DNA of 64,000 bases from Syntrophales bacterium (GCA_963662405.2 CAXXKT010000001.1:2240001-2304000); one strand, 5' to 3'. Positions 19,381 through 30,383 are shown, numbered from the stretch's first letter. Translations and numbers: made by a program. The notes: generated by a model not told the origin, from the sequence alone.

Positions 19381-19529
19381 CATATTAAACATTGTTGTAT
19401 AATACTTTTGGCGGTTGCTGTTGGACAGACGGAGCGGGACAAGATCGTGAAGGTCTTATAAACTGTTTTGGCAAAAGTAACCATGCGTTTTTTTAGCAAT
19501 ACAAGATATCAATAAAGAAAGGAGCTGTT

Positions 19530-20786
19530 ATGAAAAAGAGATACTTGGTACTGGTTGGTATGTTGGCGTTTTGTTTTGTGATAGGAGGCATGATCACAGC
19601 GGGAACCGTGAGTGCTGCAAAGACCGTTAAGCTCGGGGCCATTTACCCCTTTACGGGGCCTATGGCGCTGCTCGGTGAGGAGAGTTATCGAGGAGCCGAG
19701 TTGGCAACCATGCTGGTCAATCAGAAAGGTGGGTTGTGGGGAAAGCAGATAGAGTTTGTCAAAGGCGATGCGCCGAATGCCAATGCAGGGCAGGCCGAGG
19801 CGGAGAGACTCATCAACAGGGAAAATATCCAAATCATATTCGGATCATATTCCAGCTCAATATCGTATGCCGCATCGGAAGTTGCTAATCGGAACCAGGT
19901 GACATACTTCGAGTTGGGTGGTATTTCCGATCCCATCACGGAGCGCGGTTTTAAGTATCTTTTCCGCACGTGTCCCACGGCATCCATGTTCGCGTATGGC
20001 CAGGTTAAGTTTATTGCGGAATATGCCGCTGAGAAACTTGGCAAGGCTCCGAAGGATATGAAGGTTGCCATCGTCCATGAGGATTCGCTGTATGGTACTA
20101 CCGTGGCGAAGTACAATGAAGAGGCCCTCAAGAAGTATGGTGTAACCCAGGTTATGGCCGCACCTTACAATGCAAAGGCAGTGGACCTTTCAAGTACGAT
20201 CCTGAAATTAAAAAAATATAATGCCGATGCGTTGTGCGCCACCTCGTACATAACCGACGCGATTCTTTTCTGGCGTCAGGCGAAAGAACTGGGCTACAGC
20301 CCGAAGGTATTGGTCGGTTCCGGTGGCGGTCATACCATGAAGGATTTTCAAGATGCATTGGGTAGTGACGTGGAAGGTGTTGCCAATGTGGACTTTACAC
20401 AGTTCGAGGTCAATAAGGCGTTCGCTCCCGGACTTGACGAATTTATCGAACTTTACAAGAAGACTTACAACATGCCGCCGAGGTCCGGTCACTCTCTGAC
20501 CAACTTTACCGGTGCACTGATCATGTATGCCGTGCTTGAGAAAGCCGGTTCTTTTGATCCCGAAGCGGTGAGGAAGGCGGCGTTGGCATACAAACAGGAT
20601 CCCGGGACAACGCCTTCGGGATGGGGTGCCGATTTTGATCCCAAGACGGGTCAGAACCTGGCCTGTGAAGTGCTGACGATGCAGTGGACGAAGGAAAAAC
20701 TCGTAACGGTATGGCCTGAAAATGCGGCGGTACAGTCTCCGATCGTACCGATGCCCACGTGGGAAGAGAGAGCTGCGGGCAAATAA
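19530..20786 (+). CDS. Liv-type (HAAT) ABC transporter substrate-binding protein
   Basis: Signal peptide; KLGAIYPFTG, GSYSS, YLFRT. Confidence 0.9.
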   Translation: MKKRYLVLVGMLAFCFVIGGMITAGTVSAAKTVKLGAIYPFTGPMALLGEESYRGAELATMLVNQKGGLWGKQIEFVKGDAPNANAGQAEAERLINRENIQIIFGSYSSSISYAASEVANRNQVTYFELGGISDPITERGFKYLFRTCPTASMFAYGQVKFIAEYAAEKLGKAPKDMKVAIVHEDSLYGTTVAKYNEEALKKYGVTQVMAAPYNAKAVDLSSTILKLKKYNADALCATSYITDAILFWRQAKELGYSPKVLVGSGGGHTMKDFQDALGSDVEGVANVDFTQFEVNKAFAPGLDEFIELYKKTYNMPPRSGHSLTNFTGALIMYAVLEKAGSFDPEAVRKAALAYKQDPGTTPSGWGADFDPKTGQNLACEVLTMQWTKEKLVTVWPENAAVQSPIVPMPTWEERAAGK

Positions 20787-21041
20787 TTCGCTGTTCGTTA
20801 TCCAAGGCGGATATCGTTTTTGAAAAAGGGAAAGAAAGGGGGTGTGGTTTCCCCCCCCTTCTTCTCCCCTCCATGCTCATTGAAAAATAATTCAGTGGTG
20901 TCGCTCGATAACATGGTTGTCTGACAGGTGCGGGCGATTCTGAAGTGAAATCGTTTATGTTCCAAATAAGGTGTGAGTAGTTGAAACAAAAATGCTGGTA
21001 AGAACCGTACAGCTTGAAATCACAAGGTGAGGAGGAAGAGT

Positions 21042-21932
21042 ATGATAGCGGACCTCATGCAAATCCTAGTGGTGGGATTGATGCTGGGGGGAATATATGC
21101 ATTGGTGAGTATCGGTTTGACAATGATCTTTGGTGTCATCAGGATTGTCAATTTCGCCCACGGTGAATTCTTGATGATGGCTATGTATATAACGTTCGGG
21201 TTAAATATCATGCTTCACATAGACCCTTATGTTGCTATCATAGTGGTGGCACCGTTGCTCTTTATAACCGGAATGTTGATCCAGAAGTTTTTTATTCAGC
21301 CAATTCTTAATTCTCCATCGAATGTTCAGATCTTCGTGACGCTGGGGCTTTCCATTGTCCTGCAGAACCTGGCCCTGATGTTGTTTAAGGCGGACTACCG
21401 AACAATCAAGACCGCCTATCAGACCGCAGTAGTCCATGTGGGGCCGTTGCTGATAAGTTGCTCTCGTTTGATAGCTTTTCTCGTTGCCGTAGCGATTACG
21501 CTCCTGCTGTTCGCTTTCTTGAAGTGGACGTATAAAGGGAAAGCAATACGGGCGGTTGCGCTGAATCGTAGTGCGGCTGCCTTGATGGGGATTAACGTTC
21601 ATCACATATACACCTTGGCGTTCGGTATCGGTGCGGCCTTGGTGGGTGTGGCCGGTGCGATGTTGATGCCTATCTATTACGTTTTTCCAACCGTTGGAGG
21701 TCTCTTCACACTCACCGCTTTTGTGGTGGTTGTCCTGGGAGGCTTAGGGAGTATCGGAGGCGCATTTTTGGGTGGCTTAATTATCGGGGTAGTTGAGGCG
21801 CTTGCCGGGGCCTTTATTGATCCAGGGCTCAAAGAGGCTGTATATTTTGCGATCTTTATCCTTATCCTTGTTTTCAGACCGGCCGGGTTGTTTGGTATGG
21901 GTAGAGGTTCCGAGGAGGTTGGATCAAAATGA
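21042..21932 (+). CDS. Liv-type ABC permease (LivH-like)
   Basis: GLTMIFGVIRIVNFAHGE; VVLGGLGS. Confidence 0.92.
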   Translation: MIADLMQILVVGLMLGGIYALVSIGLTMIFGVIRIVNFAHGEFLMMAMYITFGLNIMLHIDPYVAIIVVAPLLFITGMLIQKFFIQPILNSPSNVQIFVTLGLSIVLQNLALMLFKADYRTIKTAYQTAVVHVGPLLISCSRLIAFLVAVAITLLLFAFLKWTYKGKAIRAVALNRSAAALMGINVHHIYTLAFGIGAALVGVAGAMLMPIYYVFPTVGGLFTLTAFVVVVLGGLGSIGGAFLGGLIIGVVEALAGAFIDPGLKEAVYFAIFILILVFRPAGLFGMGRGSEEVGSK

Positions 21933-22933
21933 TATCAAATTTAATAGCGAAAAAAGAATACGATAAGTTGATTTTGGGGCTTGTGGGCATCGTTGTTCTC
22001 ACGCTCCCGTTGGTATTAGTAAACAAATTTTATCTCCATATCCTGATTACGGTGTTTCTGTTTGCCGCGGTCAGTAGTGCATGGAATATCATCTGTGGAT
22101 ACGCCGGTCAGCTCTCCCTTGGGCATGCGGCCTTCTTCGGGATCGGTGCGTATACGTCAACGCTTCTCTATGTGCGGCTAGGCGTGTGTCCGTGGGTCGG
22201 TATGCTTGTGGCCGGTATCTTGGCGATGATCGTCGCCCTGGGGATCAGCTATCCCTGCTTCCGGCTTCGAGGACCATTCTTTACATTGGCGACCCTTGCC
22301 TTTGGTGAGGTGGTAAGGCTGGTCACCGTTTTCTGGCGCCCCCTTACCGAGGGGTCCGTCGGAATCCTTATCCCCTTCAAACCGTCATTCGGTAATATGA
22401 TATTTTCAGGCAAGGTTCCATACTACTATTTGACACTCATTCTACTCGGCGTAGTGCTTCTGGTCTCATACTGGGTCAAGAATTCCAAACTCGGTTATTA
22501 TCTGGAGGCACTCAAGGAAGATGCGGATGCAGCGGAGGCATTGGGGGTTCCCACAACGCGCTGCAAGCTTATTGCAATGGGTCTCAGCGCCTTTTTCACC
22601 GGAATTGCAGGTGTCGTGATGGCGCAGTACCTCTTGTTTGTTGAGCCGGATGGCGTGATGGAGATGAACCTCTCGATCAATTTTGCCATGATTGCCGTGG
22701 TGGGAGGAATGGCGACGGTTATTGGCCCCGTGCTCGGTGCCTTCATAATGGTACCCCTGAATGAGCTTTTGCGCGGGTGGCTCGGCGGCGACTTTGTCGG
22801 GCTCAATATGGTGATTTTCGGAGCTCTGCTGATCACGGTTGTCATGTTGCTGCCGAACGGTATTCTCCCCTGGGTGCAGGGTAAGTTGAACAGGCGTGCA
22901 CTCGCTCAAGAAACTGTTACGGAAAAGGTGTAA
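21929..22933 (+). CDS. Liv-type ABC permease (LivM-like)
   Basis: GYAGQLSLGHAAFFGIGAY; LRGPFFTLATLAF. Confidence 0.92.
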   Translation: MISNLIAKKEYDKLILGLVGIVVLTLPLVLVNKFYLHILITVFLFAAVSSAWNIICGYAGQLSLGHAAFFGIGAYTSTLLYVRLGVCPWVGMLVAGILAMIVALGISYPCFRLRGPFFTLATLAFGEVVRLVTVFWRPLTEGSVGILIPFKPSFGNMIFSGKVPYYYLTLILLGVVLLVSYWVKNSKLGYYLEALKEDADAAEALGVPTTRCKLIAMGLSAFFTGIAGVVMAQYLLFVEPDGVMEMNLSINFAMIAVVGGMATVIGPVLGAFIMVPLNELLRGWLGGDFVGLNMVIFGALLITVVMLLPNGILPWVQGKLNRRALAQETVTEKV

Positions 22934-22956
22934 AATAGCTGACGGAGACGAGAAAA

Positions 22957-23691
22957 ATGAGTCAAACAATATTGCAAGCAGAAAATTTGACGAAACGGTT
23001 CGGAGGACTGGCCGCCGTCGATAACCTGAGTTTCAGCATCACTCAGGGAGAAATACTCGGATTGATTGGCCCGAACGGGGCGGGGAAAACCACCGTGTTT
23101 AATCTCATTACAGCGGTATTCCCCAAAACGAACGGCAAGATAATCTTTGATGGAGAGGATATTACCGATATCGGTCTGCCGCATCAGGCGTGTGCGAAAG
23201 GGATTGGGCGGACGTTTCAGGTGGTGAAGCCCTTTGGTGATATGACCGTACTCGAGAATATCATGGTCGGTGCCTTTAATCGGACGAAAAGCGTTGTTGA
23301 GGCGCGTGACCGATCCCGGGAAGCAGCCCAGTTTGTCGGCCTGGAACGGTCGGAAAGCGCGCTGGCGAGGAGCCTCACCATATCCGATAGAAAGAGATTG
23401 GAGGTTGCCCGAGCGCTTGCCACACAACCGAAATTGCTCCTCCTCGATGAGGTGATGGCGGGTCTGAACCCAACAGAGGTAGAGGAAACCCTTCCCTTGA
23501 TCGCGAAGATTCAGGAAAAGGGTATTACCATATTTATTATCGAACATATTATGCAGGTGATCATGAAGGTTTCACATCGCATCATTGTGATGGATTACGG
23601 ACGTGAACTTGCTGTGGGTCTCCCGGCGGATATCGCCAGAAATGAAAAAGTCATAGAAGCTTATTTAGGGGAGGAAACTTCCAATGCTTAG
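22957..23691 (+). CDS. Liv-type ABC ATPase (LivG-like)
   Basis: GPNGAGKTT, LLLDE, VIEAYLG. Confidence 0.92.
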   Translation: MSQTILQAENLTKRFGGLAAVDNLSFSITQGEILGLIGPNGAGKTTVFNLITAVFPKTNGKIIFDGEDITDIGLPHQACAKGIGRTFQVVKPFGDMTVLENIMVGAFNRTKSVVEARDRSREAAQFVGLERSESALARSLTISDRKRLEVARALATQPKLLLLDEVMAGLNPTEVEETLPLIAKIQEKGITIFIIEHIMQVIMKVSHRIIVMDYGRELAVGLPADIARNEKVIEAYLGEETSNA

Positions 23692-24388
23692 TTTAGAAAA
23701 TGTCAATGTTGCCTATGGTGATGTGCAGGTCTTATGGGATATTTCCATGAGTATTGGCCAGGGCGATCTTGTTGCTCTGGTCGGTGCCAACGCATCGGGG
23801 AAAAGCACAACCATCAACACCCTCTCGGGACTGGTTAAGCCCCTTTCCGGGACGATTCTGTTTGACGGTCAACCGATACACGACATGGATCCTCATAAGG
23901 TTGTCGAGTTAGGGGTTGTGCAGGTTCCGGAAGGAAGGCAGCTCTTCTCGCATATGTCGGTGATGGAGAATCTGGAACTGGGAGCCTTCACTCGCGAGGC
24001 GCGAAAGTCCAAGAAGAAGAATATCGATATGATATTTGATATTCTGCCGGATCTCAAGGCGAAGGCGAAGACCTTTGCCGTGGAACTCAGCGGTGGTCAG
24101 CAGCAGATGTGCGCCATAGCGCGGGGATTGATGGCGGAACCGAAACTCTTGATGATCGATGAGCTTTCCCTCGGGTTGTCGCCTCTCCTGGCGCAACAGA
24201 TGTTTGATCTGGTGAAAAGGATCCATGAGCAGGGGATAACCATCCTTCTGGTGGAACAGAATGTCCGCCAATCACTTCATATCGCAGACGACGCATTTGT
24301 TCTTGAAAACGGATGTGTCGCGATGTGTGGTAAGGCCTGTGATCTGTTGGAGGACGAAGGGTTGAAGCGGGCGTATCTCGGGATGTAG
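23684..24388 (+). CDS. Liv-type ABC ATPase (LivF-like)
   Basis: GANASGKST, LSGGQQQM, VEQN. Confidence 0.92.
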   Translation: MLSLENVNVAYGDVQVLWDISMSIGQGDLVALVGANASGKSTTINTLSGLVKPLSGTILFDGQPIHDMDPHKVVELGVVQVPEGRQLFSHMSVMENLELGAFTREARKSKKKNIDMIFDILPDLKAKAKTFAVELSGGQQQMCAIARGLMAEPKLLMIDELSLGLSPLLAQQMFDLVKRIHEQGITILLVEQNVRQSLHIADDAFVLENGCVAMCGKACDLLEDEGLKRAYLGM

Positions 24389-24658
24389 GGATCGCCATGC
24401 GCTCCTGTGATCAATTATGGAGTTCTTGAAAAATAACAGGTATCATGTAGTTATGATTTTCTATGCGTGGTTCGGGAACGTCGCGTAGTCGGCCCTATGC
24501 CCCCGGGTTTCAGAGCTGAGGGCATTCATTCGGTTGTGAGGGATTGGCGCACGGATGTGGTATGCCGGGGGCAGTGTACGACGCGGGTGGAGAGTCAGCA
24601 TACGGGATGTTCCGCAGAAGGAATGTCGCATTATACGCTGGGTGATGGAGTGGGAAAG

Positions 24659-25690
24659 ATGCGTGCAGTGGTAAAGACGGAAAGAAAAAGAGGCGCGGTG
24701 GAGGTCCTCGATGTCCCCTCTCCGGAGGTTTCGGAGAGAGACGTCCTGATCAGGACAGAGGCCTGTGGTATTTGTGGGAGTGATCTCCATGCTTATCAAT
24801 ACGATCCGGGATACGAGTTCATACAAATACCGGTCATATTCGGCCATGAATATTGCGGGACGGTTGTCGACACCGGCTCAGCAGTTGAAAACTTTAAACC
24901 GGGAGACCGGGTCGTCGTCGAATCAGGAAGCTATTGCGGAGTGTGCCGCCACTGCCGGGAAGGAAATTCTAATCTCTGTGAGCATTACCAGGTATTTGGC
25001 TTGGCCCGAGACGGTGGCATGGCACAGTTTTCATCCGTTGGTGAACGGTTCATTCACCGTTTGGATAGCAGGGTCGACGCTCCCAGTGGCGCCCTCGTTG
25101 AACCGGCCACCGTCGCCATCCATGCTGTCGCCGACAAGTGCACCGTCGGGTTGGGCTCTCGCGTCGTGGTGACGGGATTGGGTGTCATCGGTTTGCTGGT
25201 GGCCCAAGTGGCGAGACTGAAGGGAGCAAGCAGGGTCATCATGGTGGGCACTGCGGACGATGAGGAGATCCGTTTGCCCCTGGCGAGAACTCTGGGCTTT
25301 GAAACGATATCTCTTGCGCACCAAACGCTCGCTCAAGGGGTCGCGTCACTGACCGGTGAGTCTGAAGTTGATCTGGCCATTGAATGCTCGGGAAATGGCA
25401 AGGCGATTGAAGATTCCGTATCGCTTTTACGGAAGGGCGGTACGCTTCTTGTCGTCGGTTTGTATCCAAAGCCGGTCGAACTATTCCTGACGCCCCTTGT
25501 GCGAAGAGAAATTTCTCTCGTCACCAGTTATTGCTCACGATGGATCAACTATGAGCAAGCTATTGAACTTTTTGCAACAGGAAAGCTTGATCCGAGTCCT
25601 TTGATCTCCACCTACGATCTCAAAGATGCACCTGAGGCATTTGAGGACTCACTGCGGAAAAGAGTCGTTAAGGCGGTGCTGATACCGTAG
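24659..25690 (+). CDS. Zn-dependent medium-chain dehydrogenase (threonine/sorbitol dehydrogenase-like)
   Basis: GICGSD, GHE, CGVCRHC...C, GLGVIG; start moved to ATG 24659. Confidence 0.9.
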   Translation: MRAVVKTERKRGAVEVLDVPSPEVSERDVLIRTEACGICGSDLHAYQYDPGYEFIQIPVIFGHEYCGTVVDTGSAVENFKPGDRVVVESGSYCGVCRHCREGNSNLCEHYQVFGLARDGGMAQFSSVGERFIHRLDSRVDAPSGALVEPATVAIHAVADKCTVGLGSRVVVTGLGVIGLLVAQVARLKGASRVIMVGTADDEEIRLPLARTLGFETISLAHQTLAQGVASLTGESEVDLAIECSGNGKAIEDSVSLLRKGGTLLVVGLYPKPVELFLTPLVRREISLVTSYCSRWINYEQAIELFATGKLDPSPLISTYDLKDAPEAFEDSLRKRVVKAVLIP

Positions 25691-25922
25691 CTCTATAAGC
25701 GCGGGCATGATCCTTCCCGATGTGAAGAGAGGGTGGCACTGCCCATTTCGTGGTACGGGAGACGGGTCGCGGCGTTACCGACCTGGAACCATGGATTGCT
25801 CCGATTATGCGTTCTCGAGTTCTCGCATGCAGGAGACGGAGGATATGCCGGCACCATGACGGATACATCCGGGGCGCATGCTTGTTTTCGAGGGGATCAC
25901 GGGAAAAGGAGAGCACCGGAAC

Positions 25923-26240
25923 ATGATACGCCGAGATGATTATCGTAAAAGGTTCGCAGGGCTGGAGCCGAACCTGTACAGGGGCGGCAAGACCATCGAC
26001 CGGTTTGACCCAAAAAAGGTGGGTGGCATGAGCGTTATGGCTGCAACCTGCGACACCGCCTTCGGTCCCGCGTATGAGGATCCGGGGACCGCCACCGTGC
26101 ATATCACCGGAGAAAAGATCAATCGTTCTTGCCATATCTCCCTGAGAGTGGAGAACCTCCGCAACAAGCAGAATATGAGCTGTCTTTCCAGTCAGGAGGT
26201 GGCCGGGTGCACCCGGTGCTGTATGGGGATCGATGCCCGG
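25923..26240 (+). pseudogene. Decayed 5' fragment of an abfD-like gene
   Basis: ...DRFDPKKVGGMSVMAATCDTAFGPAYE...HITGEKINRSCHI...NKQNM...QEVAGCTRCCMGID aligns with the first ~105 aa of 14838-16313, then similarity is lost. Confidence 0.85.
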
Positions 26241-26513
26241 TACGGGGGTGGTTCTCCCGACGGCAAGATCCCCCATCGCCCACAGGGTGTCGAACCTGAT
26301 GATATTTGCCTGGGGATAAGAGGCAAATGCCGAAGAATACGGATCCGGTACCCCCTTTTGTGCTGGAAGGGGGTACGAGATTCTGTTATACAGGGAAAGG
26401 CTGAAACCTCCCATGCCCTGATCAGTTTGGAAAAAGCACGATGACTTGCCGCAGGATGTCGTGAATTGGCAAGGTGCTTTGTTGAATCTGCAATTGAAAC
26501 GATATAAGGAGGA

Positions 26514-27212
26514 ATGATGGCTAAAGAATCGACTGGGAAATCATTACGGCAGATCATTTATGAAAAAATACGAGATGACATCACCTACAGGCGTCTCGTG
26601 CCGGGTGAACGTCTGACGGAGATGGAATTATCCGAGCGGTACAGCGCAAGCCGCAGCCCCATTCGTGAGGCTCTGAGACAGCTCGAGAGCGAAGGGCTGC
26701 TCTCTTTTCAAAGGAATAAAGGAATTACCGTCCGTAAGCTCACCAAGAAACAACTGGGAGAACTATATGAATCGATGGCTGTCCTTGAAGGGTATGTAGC
26801 CGGTCTCGCCGTGAAAAAAATGGATGAAAAGGCCATCGAGACCCTCTCCACTCTTCATAAAGAGTTGATCAGGGCCGCCCGGGAGAGGGATTTGCCGTTG
26901 TGGTTTCACAACAATACCCGTTTCCACCGAATCTTCAGAGATACGGCGGAAAATGAGACGCTCAACGATCTCATCGATATGATTCAAAGAAGGGTCCATC
27001 TGTATCAGCATAGGTCTGTCGATTATCATCGAGCGTTCGACCTGTATATCGAACACCACCAAGAGATCATTACTCTCTGCAAACAAAAAGATTCCGCGGG
27101 CACCGAGCGGGTTATGAGGATCCATGTACAGACGGCGTACCGGTATATCATGGAATCATTATTGATGGATGAAGGCTTATTGGTACAAAGAGCTGCTTCC
27201 CTGGTCTCATAG
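26514..27212 (+). CDS. GntR family regulator (FCD domain)
   Basis: PGERLTE...SRSPIREALRQLESEG; NTRFH; EHHQEI. Confidence 0.92.
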   Translation: MMAKESTGKSLRQIIYEKIRDDITYRRLVPGERLTEMELSERYSASRSPIREALRQLESEGLLSFQRNKGITVRKLTKKQLGELYESMAVLEGYVAGLAVKKMDEKAIETLSTLHKELIRAARERDLPLWFHNNTRFHRIFRDTAENETLNDLIDMIQRRVHLYQHRSVDYHRAFDLYIEHHQEIITLCKQKDSAGTERVMRIHVQTAYRYIMESLLMDEGLLVQRAASLVS

Positions 27213-27683
27213 GGCGCACGGCGGGTACCTTCCTGTAGAGAGTATATACAAAGATTCATTGGGGTGTCATTCCGACATTCAACCATTGGATCGGTCATGT
27301 GTCAATGCCGTTATCTCATAAACGGCTACCCTCCATATCACACCAATTTTCATTACGCTTGTCACAAAACACCGTGTGGTGGAATCCCCGGGAGACGCTC
27401 AACACCTCCGCAATCAAGAACGGAATATAAGATATCGTGCCGAGTCCTATGGTCTCTCCCGCACCCTGCGGCGCTTTTTCGCATGATATATGCGGTTGCT
27501 CCGCCTCATGCTGTCTGTCTTGAAAGAATATTTTTCATGCAACGAAAAATGTGTTATAGGCCCCGAGTGTAAAATCTCCGGGTGCTTGTTGATTTCCCTT
27601 GAGCGCGCTGTAAGTGAATAGTGTTCCTGATTTTTCCTGTGTCTATATGTGCCTGAATCTATTGATATAAAAGGAGGAAATAC

Positions 27684-28733
27684 ATGTTCAAGACGAGAAT
27701 GACGGAGATGTTCGGAATACAGCACCCGATCATGCTGGCAGGGATGAACTGGATTACAGAGCCGAATTTAATATCGGCGGTCTGCAACGCCGGTGGGCTG
27801 GGTATCCTGGCCACCGCGCGGTGTACTCCACAAGAGACCCGGGAGAACATCAGGCAGATCAAGGATATGACGGACAAACCCTTTGGGATTAATCAGATCC
27901 TCATTGGCCCCGGTGCCAAAGAGAATATTGAAATCGCCATTGAAGAGAGAATTCCTTTCATCAACTATTCCTTGGGAAAACCATGGTTTGTCGATGACGT
28001 CCATGCGTACGGTGGTAAGGTTATCGGGACGATTGCCGTCGCCAAGCACGCGGCCCGCGCGGTAAAACTGGGATGTGATGCCCTGGTCGTCACGGGGCAC
28101 GAGGCGGCGGCTCACGGCGATGCCGCAACATCTTTGGTCCTGATTCCCTTGGTGGCAAGCATGGTGGACATCCCTCTGATCGCTGCGGGGGGCTTTTACA
28201 ACGGACAGGGCCTGGCAGCGGCGCTTGCGTTGGGGGCCGACGGGATATCGATGGGGAGCCGATTCATGGTTGTTGAAGAAAGCATGGTACATGACAACTT
28301 CAAGCGGCTCTGTATAGAGGCCACGGAACAGGATACGCTCTACGACAATGTCTTTGACGGGATGGATGGCCGTGTCCTGAAGACAAAGGAAGCCGAGGCG
28401 ATGATGAGGCGGGGTTTCCCGATTGTCGAAGCGATCAAGGGTGCCCTTTTGGCGAAGAAGATTTTCAAGATGTCCTTTGCAAAATTCTTGGGCGCGGCCG
28501 TCGAGATGGTGCGCGCAGAAGAAGGGCACCCCCTCCTGGTTCTCGCCCGGCAGGCCGTCGCAAATATGAAACATATGAAGGCACTCAACGAGGGCGATGT
28601 TGAAGGCGGGATCCTCTTCGCCGGTCAGTGCTGCGGAGGAATTACCGATATCCCCACGACAAAGGAGGCAATCGATCGGATTATCGCGGAAGCCGAAGAG
28701 ACGCTGCAGAAGGTGAATGCCCTGAAGGTATAA
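27684..28733 (+). CDS. Nitronate monooxygenase / FabK-like FMN oxidoreductase
   Basis: NAGGLG, GHEAAAHG, IAAGG, GISMGSRF. Confidence 0.85.
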   Translation: MFKTRMTEMFGIQHPIMLAGMNWITEPNLISAVCNAGGLGILATARCTPQETRENIRQIKDMTDKPFGINQILIGPGAKENIEIAIEERIPFINYSLGKPWFVDDVHAYGGKVIGTIAVAKHAARAVKLGCDALVVTGHEAAAHGDAATSLVLIPLVASMVDIPLIAAGGFYNGQGLAAALALGADGISMGSRFMVVEESMVHDNFKRLCIEATEQDTLYDNVFDGMDGRVLKTKEAEAMMRRGFPIVEAIKGALLAKKIFKMSFAKFLGAAVEMVRAEEGHPLLVLARQAVANMKHMKALNEGDVEGGILFAGQCCGGITDIPTTKEAIDRIIAEAEETLQKVNALKV

Positions 28734-28910
28734 AAGCGTCGACGGCTCATTTCTCCGGGGCCATTCATGGTCCCGGGCGCCCCACTTTTTATTCCATACC
28801 GGGGGGACGGATTGTTTCCCCCGCCCCCCGGTTCCTTATTCCCTTCGCTCGCTCATGGATACCCGGTGGCGGGGAAGCCCCACTCTATTGATCCAGCGTG
28901 AAGGCGTATC

Positions 28911-29516
28911 CTATCCAAAGAGGTCTTCTCTCGCAGCCAGCAGGCGGTGCAGAGCTGTCATGTTGGTCAGGACGGCTAAGAGGCACACTGCCGCAACGAT
29001 CGGAATATCGGCATCATCAACAGAGTACCATGAAACCGGCACGGTCAGGATGGATCCTGTGACGAGCAGCAGGACCCGTTCCGGACGTTGCATGAACCCG
29101 ACAACGCGTATGGTACCAAGCGACTCGGCGCGGGCCTTTACGTAGCTCACCGTGAAGGAACCAAGTAAGGCCAGGATTATAGCAAAAAACATCCAGTGAT
29201 AGCGATAGTATATCAAGAGACCGGCGAAAACGATGAAGTCGGCATAGCGATCGAAGGTGGAATCAAGGAGCGCCCCAAAGAGAGTCGATTGGCCTTTCAG
29301 GCGGGCCATTGTTCCGTCGAGGGTGTCGAGAAACCCGGACAAAAGCAGGGTCATGCCGCCTGTGAAGAAGAGACCACCGGCATACATGATCCCCGCGACC
29401 AGCGATACGATGAGGGAAACGAACGATATCACGTTCGGCGAGACCGATGATCGTACCAGCGGCCTGAGCAGTCGTTCGATCAGACCATAGTATGTCCTCA
29501 GAAGCCTTTCTCGCAT
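28911..29516 (-). CDS. CDP-alcohol phosphatidyltransferase, probable phosphatidylinositol-phosphate synthase
   Basis: DTLDGTMAR...GALLDSTFDRYAD; SYVKARAE; QRPER; divergent from ino1. Confidence 0.8.
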   Translation of the reverse strand: MRERLLRTYYGLIERLLRPLVRSSVSPNVISFVSLIVSLVAGIMYAGGLFFTGGMTLLLSGFLDTLDGTMARLKGQSTLFGALLDSTFDRYADFIVFAGLLIYYRYHWMFFAIILALLGSFTVSYVKARAESLGTIRVVGFMQRPERVLLLVTGSILTVPVSWYSVDDADIPIVAAVCLLAVLTNMTALHRLLAAREDLFG

Positions 29517-29647
29517 TTTTCCCTGTCTTTCCCCCCTGACTCCCGTTGCGTCGCGGGTTGCTCCTGCCGGTATGGCATACCGTGAAACAATACGAGAAAT
29601 CAATAAGTCAACCCGATACCTGCTTCAGATAACGGGAAATAATATTA

Positions 29648-30383
29648 GGGTCTTGACTAGAACAGCACACGGAAATATGTTAAGAGTCTAGTCATGTCAA
29701 TAAGTAACAAGTATGTAAAAAATTCCAAAATTTCAGAGGCAAAATTTAGAGAGATCGTGAAGTATTTTGCCTTCGATTTGGATGCTCAAACCATCGCTCT
29801 TTTAACAAAACTCAATAGAAATACGGTGAATCGATATCTGTCTTTGATTCGTCAACGTATAGCTGATCTGTGCGAAGAAGAATCACCATTTCAGGGTGAA
29901 ATCGAGGTTGACGAATCATATTTCGGTGCAAAACGTATCAAAGGGAAACGAGGCCGTGGGGCCGGGAGAAAAACCCCTGTATTCGGTATCCTGCAACGAA
30001 AAGGCAGTGTCTATACCGAAATCGTTCCCGATTGCGCCAGGAAGACTCTCCAGGCCATTATCAGGGGCAAAGTTGAACCGAATAGTGTCATACATTCAGA
30101 TAGTTGGAGAGGCTATGATGGTTTGGTTGACTTGGGATACAAAAAGCATTACCGTGTTCATCACGGAGCCAATGAATTTGCCAGGGGGAAAAGCCACATC
30201 AATGGCATTGAATCCTTCTGGTCATTCGCAAAACGGAGGCTGATGAAGTTCCATGGTATTCCACAATCAACCTTTTACCTGCATCTCAAGGAATGTGAGT
30301 TCCGGTTCAACAACCGTAACACCGATATCTATAAATTGTTGTTAAAGAACTTCAAAAATAAACCGCTGTTCTAGTCAAGACCC
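29648..30383 (+). mobile_element. IS1595-family insertion sequence (IS1016-like), apparently intact
   Basis: Perfect 19-bp terminal inverted repeats GGGTCTTGACTAGAACAGC; 8-bp flanking direct repeat TAATATTA. Confidence 0.93.
29694..30374 (+). CDS. IS1595 family DDE transposase
   Basis: EVDESYFG, IHSDSWRGY, HINGIESFWS, ECEFRFN. Confidence 0.93.
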   Translation: MSISNKYVKNSKISEAKFREIVKYFAFDLDAQTIALLTKLNRNTVNRYLSLIRQRIADLCEEESPFQGEIEVDESYFGAKRIKGKRGRGAGRKTPVFGILQRKGSVYTEIVPDCARKTLQAIIRGKVEPNSVIHSDSWRGYDGLVDLGYKKHYRVHHGANEFARGKSHINGIESFWSFAKRRLMKFHGIPQSTFYLHLKECEFRFNNRNTDIYKLLLKNFKNKPLF

